Origin: Bacteroidia bacterium
Lineage (GTDB): Bacteria; Bacteroidota; Bacteroidia; UBA8524
Length of the DNA: 64,000 nucleotides
Direction: 5' to 3'
Assembly: GCA_035906255.1 (NCBI GenBank)
Contig: JAMIFM010000029.1
Span: 50,944 to 114,943 of the forward strand
The notes beneath the pieces are model-generated. The model was not told the origin of the DNA. It saw nothing but the letters and a program-made list of their open reading frames with translations, and did no database searches. This document shows positions 14,726 to 22,760 of the stretch, one piece after another (positions within the stretch are counted from its first letter, which is position 1; the number at the start of each line of letters is the position of its first letter). A program made the position numbers and the translations under genes.

Positions 14726-15009
14726 AAAGTTTACCCAATAAAAAGTATCATTTTGCAGTTTTTCGTAAAATTAATAATAGCTGTTGCGATTTTTACCAAT
14801 TGCAGGAAAATACTATGAGATATTTTCGAAAACCATTTATACCTAAACAAAAAGAGCAACGATTATATAGCTATAACAATGATATTATAACTGTATAAAT
14901 TATTCAATCTAATCATATAGCATTGTGCTAAAGAAATTGCATGAAAAAGTTAAACCCAATTATTATATGTATTTCTATTATGAAAAAAGTAACTAAACAC
15001 AATTCATCT

Positions 15010-15822
15010 ATGAAAACCTTTGCAGGTAAAATCATCCTTGCTTCGGCATTCCTTCTATCTGTAATTTCAATCAAAGCACAACGTTGCGGGGTCAATGGCA
15101 TAACCTTTACCCAACAAGCAGGGTTTGGTAACAATAGCCAAATTATTATCGGCGGTTATGGCCAAAATGACGGTGCAATCAATTTTAACTGCTACAGCGA
15201 CAGTTCTGTTTATGGCCGTTCACGTATCTTCAACCGCCCTGTGGGTATGCTACCGCCTGCGGGTAGCCCCGTCCCCACATGGAGTTCACGGGTATTTCAG
15301 GACTTGCCTGCGGGCATCCTACGTATTCAAACCAGTGGGGTGAACAACGCTTGTTATGACTCTGTGAACTGGAACCGTGGGCTTACGATGCACACAAGTG
15401 GCAATGTAGGCATCGGTGCGAACCCCGTTTCGGGTTTTATGCTGGCGGTAAACGGCGGTATCGCCTGTAAAAACGATGTGTTTATCACCCTGACAGGCAT
15501 CACATGGCCTGACTATGTTTTTACACCTTCATACCGCTTAAAACCGCTTGCCCAATTAGAGCAAGAAATTGACAGCTTGGGACATTTACCTGAAATGCCA
15601 TCGGCGCAAACTGTGGAAGCCGAGGGAATGTCAGTAACAGACATTACAACTACCGTAGTTAAAAAGGTAGAAGAATTGACGCTCTACACCATCGACCAGC
15701 AGAAACAACTCGATGCGTTGGCGAAGGACAATGCCGACCTGAAAAAACAAACCGAGAAGTTGCTAAAGCGTAACGAAGAACTAAACGCTTTGGTTGAACG
15801 TCTTTTAAAAGAAAAAGAATAA
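15010..15822 (+). CDS. Secreted fibre-like protein with conserved C-terminal WPDYVF...HLPEMPS...EELTLY coiled-coil module
   Basis: Signal peptide MKTFAGKIILASAFLLSVISIKAQ (the ORF also opens at 14941 and 14980). The C-terminal 105 aa are homologous to the tail of 44038-45174. Confidence 0.7.
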   Translation: MKTFAGKIILASAFLLSVISIKAQRCGVNGITFTQQAGFGNNSQIIIGGYGQNDGAINFNCYSDSSVYGRSRIFNRPVGMLPPAGSPVPTWSSRVFQDLPAGILRIQTSGVNNACYDSVNWNRGLTMHTSGNVGIGANPVSGFMLAVNGGIACKNDVFITLTGITWPDYVFTPSYRLKPLAQLEQEIDSLGHLPEMPSAQTVEAEGMSVTDITTTVVKKVEELTLYTIDQQKQLDALAKDNADLKKQTEKLLKRNEELNALVERLLKEKE

Positions 15823-15844
15823 CTTTGAATAAATAACTTAATCA

Positions 15845-16639
15845 ATGCGTTTCCTTCTTTTTGTTTTGATTGTATTTTGGTTTATTTTAGGTTTAAGTAG
15901 TTGTAAAAAAGATTCTCCAGAAACAATACAGCCTGAACCTACCCCGAAACCGTATTATAATTGCAGGGTTTTGATAAATGACATCCGCGATGAGTTTGGA
16001 AATTTCGTAAAATTTGATACCCATATAAAAATGTTGGTAACAGACTCTATCGGAGATACTGTTTATACGGATTATTACTCAGCAAGTAAGACAGATATAA
16101 CTTTTCCGTTAACCATTGGCACATACACTATTGCAATATTTGATACAACTGAAAACTGGGCACCGTATTACATAAATCATAAGGTCTATCCACCAAGAGG
16201 TGGAGAGCCAAATATGTATACGATAGGGATGACAAAGCAACCAAAGTATAAGTTAAAAGTGGTTTCAACAATAGATACAACGGCAATAATCAATAGGTTT
16301 ACAAAAGAAAGGTATATTATTCTAAATTTAGTATCTACGGATACTGTGAATAAATCCTATTTTATTGCACATATATTTAAGAAACCGCAAAGTTATCCCA
16401 TAAATGACCCTTCAATTTTAACAGGCTTTTATAGTTATATTGAAAATGGCAAGGGTCATGTTTCGTTGAGTCTTTTAGATGCAAGCCATGAATTTATTGC
16501 CAAAGGTGATACATTTTACGTGGTTTTAGTTGAAGCTGCGAATAGTTGGTATTTCTGTTCAAAGACAGAAGGCTTTGGCAATAGGGTTTACTATAACGCT
16601 ACTGGTAAATCAGTACAAAACTTTCAATTCGTAAATTAG
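15845..16639 (+). CDS. Lipoprotein (264 aa), unknown function
   Basis: Lipobox LGLSSC. No counterpart in the paralogous operon. Confidence 0.65.
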   Translation: MRFLLFVLIVFWFILGLSSCKKDSPETIQPEPTPKPYYNCRVLINDIRDEFGNFVKFDTHIKMLVTDSIGDTVYTDYYSASKTDITFPLTIGTYTIAIFDTTENWAPYYINHKVYPPRGGEPNMYTIGMTKQPKYKLKVVSTIDTTAIINRFTKERYIILNLVSTDTVNKSYFIAHIFKKPQSYPINDPSILTGFYSYIENGKGHVSLSLLDASHEFIAKGDTFYVVLVEAANSWYFCSKTEGFGNRVYYNATGKSVQNFQFVN

Positions 16640-16641
16640 CC

Positions 16642-17436
16642 ATGAAAAGTTTAAAATTCTTATTTGTAGTAGTCTTAATAGGTTATTTAATTTTTTTCAA
16701 TACAAGTTGCAAAAAAGAAAAATGCCAAGACCCGACAAACCCTGAATGTGAGAACTACGACCCCTGCTACGGCGAAAAGCCCGTAATGGCAGAAATCGTT
16801 CTCTCGCAGCGGGCAGAACCCAGTTCAAGTGGAGTATTAGGAAAATTATACCTCAATGAAGGAGGAGATGTATTTCCTCGAATGCAAATCCGTTTCCATT
16901 GCCCGCTGGAAGGCGCAAAATATACATGGACATTGGGTGCGGAAACCATTACAGAGCAAACCTTTGAGCGGAATTTTTTTACTGTTCCATACGGCGTTTA
17001 TACAGTGAAACTCATTGTAGAGAAATCCCCCAACACCAATTGTTATCCGAGTGATGACGGCTTCGATACGGTGATAAAAACCTTCGAAATAGTTCCTGTA
17101 TGTGAATTAGAAACTATAGGGATTTTTAAGGGTAAATGGGACGGCGTCCCACAATTGGATAGTTCAGTTATTACATTTCGCTCATATAGAGATGCTTCAT
17201 ACTCAGATAGCTGTTCATTTGGACTTCCTGTATTTACAAACCTTCAGAACAAGGGGGACACATTGTATGGTGCTTATACCTACATATCGAATAAAGAGGT
17301 TGTTAATTACCACCCAGGCCATTTGGGGATAGGTAATCTAAATCTGAATGTAAATCCTCTAACAAAAGTTGTGGTACTTGATTACTACATTGGAACAACG
17401 CACTTTTTATTTAAGGGCAGGAAAATAGCTAATTAA
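16642..17436 (+). CDS. Lipoprotein (264 aa), paralogue of 43215-44030
   Basis: Lipobox FNTSC. Shares YTW..G, C.P.DD and a C-terminal F.G[KR][KR] pattern with the 271-aa lipoprotein. Confidence 0.65.
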   Translation: MKSLKFLFVVVLIGYLIFFNTSCKKEKCQDPTNPECENYDPCYGEKPVMAEIVLSQRAEPSSSGVLGKLYLNEGGDVFPRMQIRFHCPLEGAKYTWTLGAETITEQTFERNFFTVPYGVYTVKLIVEKSPNTNCYPSDDGFDTVIKTFEIVPVCELETIGIFKGKWDGVPQLDSSVITFRSYRDASYSDSCSFGLPVFTNLQNKGDTLYGAYTYISNKEVVNYHPGHLGIGNLNLNVNPLTKVVVLDYYIGTTHFLFKGRKIAN

Positions 17437-17452
17437 CAGAACCAATTACCTT

Positions 17453-20272
17453 ATGAAAAAAATTAAACAACGGCTGCTGTTAGCAGTAGCCTTGGTGTCA
17501 TACATCTGCTCATTCGGGCAAGATTGTGTACGCCTGATACGCACCAAATACGACAGTGCGCAAAACAATGAACTCTCTCCCTTTTTCCCGGGTAAAATCA
17601 ACCCGTGGTTAAACAGCTTTGACTTTGCACGTATAGACAACGGCACTGCATTTCATGACATCGACCTTAACCCGCTTGCAGGATGGATTATTCCCGGAAT
17701 GACGGGCAGCAATTACAAAATGAAAAGCCCGTTCAGCGTAGCTATGGCCTCTGAATACAATTATTTGAGCAGGCCATTTGGAGGAGGTAGCTCGGTGTAC
17801 GATGCAGATATTTGGTGGGAAGACGGATGGGAACTAATGTGGATGAACACAGGTTATTTTCCTAATGGAGACCCCGTTAACGTAGCTGATACAAACCGTA
17901 TTTTGAAGGGTAGTTATGGGTTAGCAAATCCAAGAACTCCATATATTATTTTATACAATCGTTATACGGGGAAGCTGAGAGTGTTTGCTAATTTATTTAC
18001 TGATTATAACAATTATAAAGACATCAGTATGGTATTAAAGCATACTCAGGGGTTAGATAAATCAGGTATATTCAGGCATTTGTTAAATTATGACTATTCT
18101 CTCGACCAACCAAGTAACATAATAGAGGTTCGCTCGTTTAATCACAACGAAAACAACAATACCTTGTGGTGGTCATCAGACTTTCAATTGGGTTATGACC
18201 CTTGTGTTTGTGAAAAGGAAAGCACAATCGATTTTTATTTTTGGGCACGTAAAAATCAAAATATTAATCTATATGGACGGATTGTTCAGCAGGATATGGA
18301 TTTATCGGTATTGGGCAATCCTGACTATAAAAACTTTCTTGCTAATGAAGCAGTAAATAGTGCTGCAAATGGAGCAGAAGGAGGAACACTGCTATTCAAA
18401 CGGTTTGATAGCTTGCTGGTGAAATACGACCGCGAGCTGGAATTATACAATACCCAACTCAACAGTTATAACCATCCGTTCAATTCGACCATGCGCACTA
18501 TCCTTAAATCCGCAAAAGATGGGGTAAGTGCCGCAGGGGGTGCGTTTGTTGCTAAACCATTGGGCGACTTCTTTTTACGCCAACTCGTAAAAATCGACGG
18601 TCCTACTAAGAAAGACACCACCACTGCATCAGGTTGGGCAGAAGAGGTGAACAAAGCTACCAAAGGTCAGTTAGGTAAAGCGTTTGACTTTTTGTCAATG
18701 GCGGCTTTGGGCGATGATTTTACCAAAGAACCGCAACGCCCCTCCATGCCGACCGCTACTTTCAGCGAAATGAAAATTGCTGGGGTAATCTCTGACTCAG
18801 GTTTTGTGAATGTATCGAATTTTTTAACACCCGGCTCATACAAATACCCGCAGCAATTAACTGCATATAATTACCCTGCCTACAATAATGCCGTGGGCTT
18901 ATACGCCCTATTGCGTAAGCCAGCAGTAAAAGGGCTGCGCGACCAGTTTCCAACCCGCACATTGGTATCCCTTGACACGGTGTTAGTCGATACCGTGGTT
19001 ACAGGCAGCATCAAGGTAATAAATATCCGTACCAACGAAGTAAATACCGTTGAGCATCATAACAAACTGTTTTTGAATGTTGCCGAGCCGTTGAAATACA
19101 AACTCAACAAAGCCCTCGATTTTGACATGGATAAAACCAAACTTTACGTGTCATTTTCCGTTGAGTTGGAAAACACCATCCCCAACGGTGACAACTGCTT
19201 TACGCTGCACCTGACCGAAGACAACGAAAACTTTTACCTACGGGACGTTATTCCTGTGCCAGCCACAACATCCTACCAGTTGTTTTATGAAACCCCGTGG
19301 AAAAATATCGAAGACATTGGCGACCATTTCTTCAAGATGGATTTCAAGAATAGCTACGAAGCATTTGGAGTGAGAAAAACATCATTGACGGTGTTTGAGG
19401 GCGACACAACCGTAAATGTGGGTGAACTGAAAGAATGCGTGGATGAAACCCAAGCCTCGTTCAAAATCAAAAAAATCAAAATGAAAGTGGCAGCCGATAT
19501 GTATTTTGACCAGTTGGGGTCGAACGGGTTGCAGAACAATAATTTCCAAACCTTCACCTATCTGTTGTTCGACCCTGCAAATGAAATTAACTGGATTACC
19601 GATGCGCCCGACTCGTCAGATGTAAAACGCAGGAAAGTAGATAATCTGTCATTGACCAACGAAGTGATTGAACCCACCGACCCGTTTGTATTTGAAACCA
19701 ACGGCAATACCTTAATCATCAATGCAAAAAATATCGACCTTAGCGGCACTATTAGTGTGCAATCGGGGTTTGATGCCGTATTGCAGGCTACCGGAAACAT
19801 CACGGGCATCAGCAGCAACACCAGCATTGGCCGTGACATCCGCCTGAAAAACGTCAGCGGATATTCACCTTTCGGTAAAAACTACGAAACCACCGAACAG
19901 GAATTGACCGACTATTGTAAAGACGGTGAAAACGGCTACCAAGCTCATAAAGCTGCTAATAAAATGGCAGAAGAGGCGACATCTGAATCACCAGCCGAAA
20001 CAGCAGAGGAAAAAGAAATAACGGTTTCCGTCTATCCAAACCCTACGCAAAACCGTTTGTTTGTTAGCACTTCGGCTGACGATGATAAAGAATATAGCTT
20101 TGCGGTAATTGATTTAATGGGACGCTCCCTTATTAATGAGACTGTTAGAGGCGCAAACCAACCGCAGTTTGAAATCACCACCGATGCACTGGCAGCAGGC
20201 ACATACCTGCTAATCATTAAAACGTCAGACGGTGAGGTAAACCAAGCACACCGAATAGTTATTCTGAAATAG
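17453..20272 (+). CDS. Large secreted protein with type-A T9SS C-terminal sorting domain (939 aa); N-terminal 850 aa unassigned
   Basis: Signal peptide. CTD VSVYPNPTQNRLFV...AAGTYLLIIKTSDGE...IVILK. Homologous to 40686-43202. Confidence 0.8.
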   Translation: MKKIKQRLLLAVALVSYICSFGQDCVRLIRTKYDSAQNNELSPFFPGKINPWLNSFDFARIDNGTAFHDIDLNPLAGWIIPGMTGSNYKMKSPFSVAMASEYNYLSRPFGGGSSVYDADIWWEDGWELMWMNTGYFPNGDPVNVADTNRILKGSYGLANPRTPYIILYNRYTGKLRVFANLFTDYNNYKDISMVLKHTQGLDKSGIFRHLLNYDYSLDQPSNIIEVRSFNHNENNNTLWWSSDFQLGYDPCVCEKESTIDFYFWARKNQNINLYGRIVQQDMDLSVLGNPDYKNFLANEAVNSAANGAEGGTLLFKRFDSLLVKYDRELELYNTQLNSYNHPFNSTMRTILKSAKDGVSAAGGAFVAKPLGDFFLRQLVKIDGPTKKDTTTASGWAEEVNKATKGQLGKAFDFLSMAALGDDFTKEPQRPSMPTATFSEMKIAGVISDSGFVNVSNFLTPGSYKYPQQLTAYNYPAYNNAVGLYALLRKPAVKGLRDQFPTRTLVSLDTVLVDTVVTGSIKVINIRTNEVNTVEHHNKLFLNVAEPLKYKLNKALDFDMDKTKLYVSFSVELENTIPNGDNCFTLHLTEDNENFYLRDVIPVPATTSYQLFYETPWKNIEDIGDHFFKMDFKNSYEAFGVRKTSLTVFEGDTTVNVGELKECVDETQASFKIKKIKMKVAADMYFDQLGSNGLQNNNFQTFTYLLFDPANEINWITDAPDSSDVKRRKVDNLSLTNEVIEPTDPFVFETNGNTLIINAKNIDLSGTISVQSGFDAVLQATGNITGISSNTSIGRDIRLKNVSGYSPFGKNYETTEQELTDYCKDGENGYQAHKAANKMAEEATSESPAETAEEKEITVSVYPNPTQNRLFVSTSADDDKEYSFAVIDLMGRSLINETVRGANQPQFEITTDALAAGTYLLIIKTSDGEVNQAHRIVILK

Positions 20273-20329
20273 CTACTACTCCTGTTTATAAATAGTCCCA
20301 CTCTGAAGGGATGCACAGTGTTTTACACC

Positions 20330-20365
20330 ATAGCCGCACCAAAATTGGTGCGGCTATATTTAAAT
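20330..20365 (+). terminator. Terminator hairpin after the cargo gene
   Basis: 11-bp stem ATAGCCGCACC / GGTGCGGCTAT followed by a weak AT-rich tail. Confidence 0.5.
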
Positions 20366-20382
20366 GTAAATTTACCAGTCTT

Positions 20383-20757
20383 ATGAAGCAACTAACTAAC
20401 CGATGGAATGACTTACAAGAACGTGCGAAATCCTTTCTTAATAGCACTGCGCACCAATACTACACAATCGACATCACCACGTTACCTAATCAGGGTGGGG
20501 TGTATTTAATCTGTCTTGTGGACGAAACTCTAAATGAAACCCCTCTTTATATCAACTTCACCAACAACCTCCGCAACGAAATCTTTACCAAGCAGCTTGC
20601 CTACATCTTAACTACCTCTGAAAGTTCCAACGGTACGGCCACCATTTTAAGAAGTAATTGTTACCTTCGTTATGTGGTCGAACCCGACCCAAAGGAGCAA
20701 ATGGCTCTCACCGTGGCCGTCTCTTTGGAGTTAAAACCCCTTTATCAAAACAACTAA
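20383..20757 (+). CDS. Hypothetical protein with weak GIY-YIG-like N-terminal pattern (124 aa)
   Basis: GGVYLICL...PLYINFTNNLRNEI resembles GIYxI...YIG.T.NLRxR. Start moved to 20383 because the longer ORF runs through the terminator hairpin. Confidence 0.35.
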   Translation: MKQLTNRWNDLQERAKSFLNSTAHQYYTIDITTLPNQGGVYLICLVDETLNETPLYINFTNNLRNEIFTKQLAYILTTSESSNGTATILRSNCYLRYVVEPDPKEQMALTVAVSLELKPLYQNN

Positions 20758-20861
20758 GGTGCTGCACCTATGTTGTACCTACATTTTAAAATCAATAAAA
20801 AAACACAGTATAAAGTATTGTAATAAAGATTTTTACAGGTATTTATATAAGTTTATATCAT

Positions 20862-20962
20862 TCTCCTTTAGAGGAAGACGACTTTGGGAACGTCGGGTTA
20901 AGTGATAATTGGGTAGGGGTAAATCAAACCTCCCTCAGTCCCTCCTTGCTTAAGGAGGGAAG
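20862..20962. repeat. Intergenic direct repeat, copy 1 (about 95 nt, hairpin mosaic)
   Basis: GACGACTTTGGGAACGTCGGGTTAAGTGATAATTGGGTAGGGGTAAATCAAACCTCCCTCAGTCCCTCC... is near-identical to copy 2. Confidence 0.75.
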
Positions 20963-21012
20963 CCACGCGCAAGGCCATTTACCCCGTCCTAATAATTGTT
21001 TTACTGGCAGTA

Positions 21013-21118
21013 TCCTTCCCCTGTAGGGAAGATGACTTTGTGAACGTCGGGTTAATTGATAATCGGGTAGGGGGTAAATCAAACCTCCCTCAGTCCCTCC
21101 TGTTTTAGGAGGGGCTAG
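21013..21118. repeat. Intergenic direct repeat, copy 2
   Basis: GATGACTTTGTGAACGTCGGGTTAATTGATAATCGGGTAGGGGGTAAATCAAACCTCCCTCAGTCCCTCC... Begins with hairpin CCTTCCCCTGTAGGGAAG. Confidence 0.75.
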
Positions 21119-21192
21119 GGGAGGTCGAAATATGTTATTCCCGCCTGCACGGGATGACGGGTAGGGGTCTTTCGACAGGCTCAAGACGGAAG

Positions 21193-22059
21193 CTATTTCA
21201 CATACTCTAACAACTTGCGTTTAACCGAATCGTATTGTGACCAAGGGATAAAGTGGTTTTCGTTTTCAAACGTAACTACTTCTTTTTTTGAGGCATTGGT
21301 AAGCATTTTTTCATAAAAGGGTACGTTGCCGTAGGGCACCAGCATATCCTTTTTGCCATGCATAATGGTACAGGATACGCGAATGTTTCGCCACAAAGGC
21401 ATCATCTTGTCTAACTCACCCTTTAAAGGCATTAGTTCAAGATTACTGGCCACCATTTCAGGGGGCATAATGGCTTGTATCACCCCTAATTTTAAGAAAT
21501 ATCGGTAATACTCCCGTTTCTCCATCGCAGGGTCGATAGATGGGGCTAAAAAAACCAGTGCACTCATAGCATCAGGAAAATCCATTGCCATGCGTGCAAT
21601 AATAGGGCCGCCAAGTGAGTGCCCCACTAATACAGGCTTTTGCGCCGCTTTGCTAGTGGCAAGTATAGGGGCTATCATTGCCGCTTGTGCCTGCATTGAT
21701 GGTTCTGCATCACCCGCGCCGCTGTTGCCGTAACCCGGCCGGTCAACCGAAACCAAACAAGCGTAATTGGTTAAGGCAGTATCTTTAAAATAATCCATGT
21801 AAGCACTCCAGCTACCGGGTGAGCCGTGCACAAACACAATCATAGGTTTGTTTACATCGCCAATTTGGGCATACCCGATAGTACGTCCGTGTGCTTCGTA
21901 GGTTAATAATTGAGGTTGAAGTTCCGAACCTTTAAACTCCTTTTTCAATTTTTTTTCAGATACTGTAAAGCTGGCGCATTGCGTAAATGCACCAAGAACC
22001 ACATACAGCCCAAACAGCACCAAAATTATTCTGTACAGTACAGGGCCTACCAGTTTCAT
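21193..22059 (-). CDS. Alpha/beta-fold hydrolase
   Basis: N-terminal TM/signal region. Nucleophile elbow VGHSLGG. HG oxyanion motif FVHGSPGS. Confidence 0.75.
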   Translation of the reverse strand: MKLVGPVLYRIILVLFGLYVVLGAFTQCASFTVSEKKLKKEFKGSELQPQLLTYEAHGRTIGYAQIGDVNKPMIVFVHGSPGSWSAYMDYFKDTALTNYACLVSVDRPGYGNSGAGDAEPSMQAQAAMIAPILATSKAAQKPVLVGHSLGGPIIARMAMDFPDAMSALVFLAPSIDPAMEKREYYRYFLKLGVIQAIMPPEMVASNLELMPLKGELDKMMPLWRNIRVSCTIMHGKKDMLVPYGNVPFYEKMLTNASKKEVVTFENENHFIPWSQYDSVKRKLLEYVK

Positions 22060-22061
22060 GC

Positions 22062-22760
22062 TTATAAGAGTTCTTTTAGTTGAAGCAAACTATGGATTTC
22101 AGTTTGCACCACATGGCTGTGAGGTATTTTTTCAGGATTAAAGAAAATGTGGTCAACCCCTGCTGCTTTGGCACCGCCAATATCAGTTTCAATATTATCT
22201 CCAACCATTATTGCTTCGTGGCTATTCGCCCCATGTGTATTTAGCAAATGCTCAAAAATTCGTGGGTCGGGCTTAGCAAAGCCAATTGATTCTGAAGTTA
22301 ATACGTGGCTGATGAAAGGAGCAATACCGCTATGGCTTAGTTTGCGGTGTTGTGTTTCTTCAAACCCGTTGGTAATGATTGAAAGCGTGTATTTGTTATA
22401 CAGATACTCTAATACTTCTAACGCGTGGGGGAAAACGTTGGTTTTTGTAGGGCAAATATCAAGGTATAACTGCCAGATGCCTTGGGGCATGTGAGCTTCA
22501 TCAACTCCAAGAGCGGCAAAACTATCGGTAAACCGTTTTTCGCGCAGGGTGGCTTTGTCTATTTCTCCTCTGCCATACTGTGCCCACATAGCATGGTTTA
22601 TTTTTTCGTACACCACTATAAAGTCATCAGGGTGCTGCACTCCAAAATTCTTTAAACCATAATGATGGTATAAATGCTCCAGTGTTTCTTGTGAATTCTT
22701 CTCAAAATCCCACAAGGTGTGGTCAAGGTCAAAAAAAATGTGTTTGTATTTCAGTTCCAT
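22062..22760 (-). CDS. HAD-superfamily hydrolase, YjjG-like nucleotidase
   Basis: FFDLDHTLWDF (DxDxT), ITNG, VGDNIETDIGGAKAAG. Confidence 0.75.
   Translation of the reverse strand: MELKYKHIFFDLDHTLWDFEKNSQETLEHLYHHYGLKNFGVQHPDDFIVVYEKINHAMWAQYGRGEIDKATLREKRFTDSFAALGVDEAHMPQGIWQLYLDICPTKTNVFPHALEVLEYLYNKYTLSIITNGFEETQHRKLSHSGIAPFISHVLTSESIGFAKPDPRIFEHLLNTHGANSHEAIMVGDNIETDIGGAKAAGVDHIFFNPEKIPHSHVVQTEIHSLLQLKELL

Noticed and set aside
15505-15819. Calling the fibre-like C-terminal module a peptidase S74 intramolecular chaperone domain
   Set aside because: The characteristic S-D-x-R-x-K cleavage motif is not present. The resemblance is limited to a hydrophobic helix before a coiled coil.
20862-21118. 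Direct repeats considered as a CRISPR array
   Set aside because: There are only two copies, about 95 nt long and imperfect. They are built from hairpin modules shared with other intergenic sites, and there are no cas genes.
20924-21184. 86-aa ORF (minus strand), plus the similar 61-aa ORF at 26601-26786
   Set aside because: Both lie entirely inside the intergenic hairpin-repeat mosaics. Their translations (PPLAPPKTGGTEGG... and similar) are typical repeat-derived artefacts.
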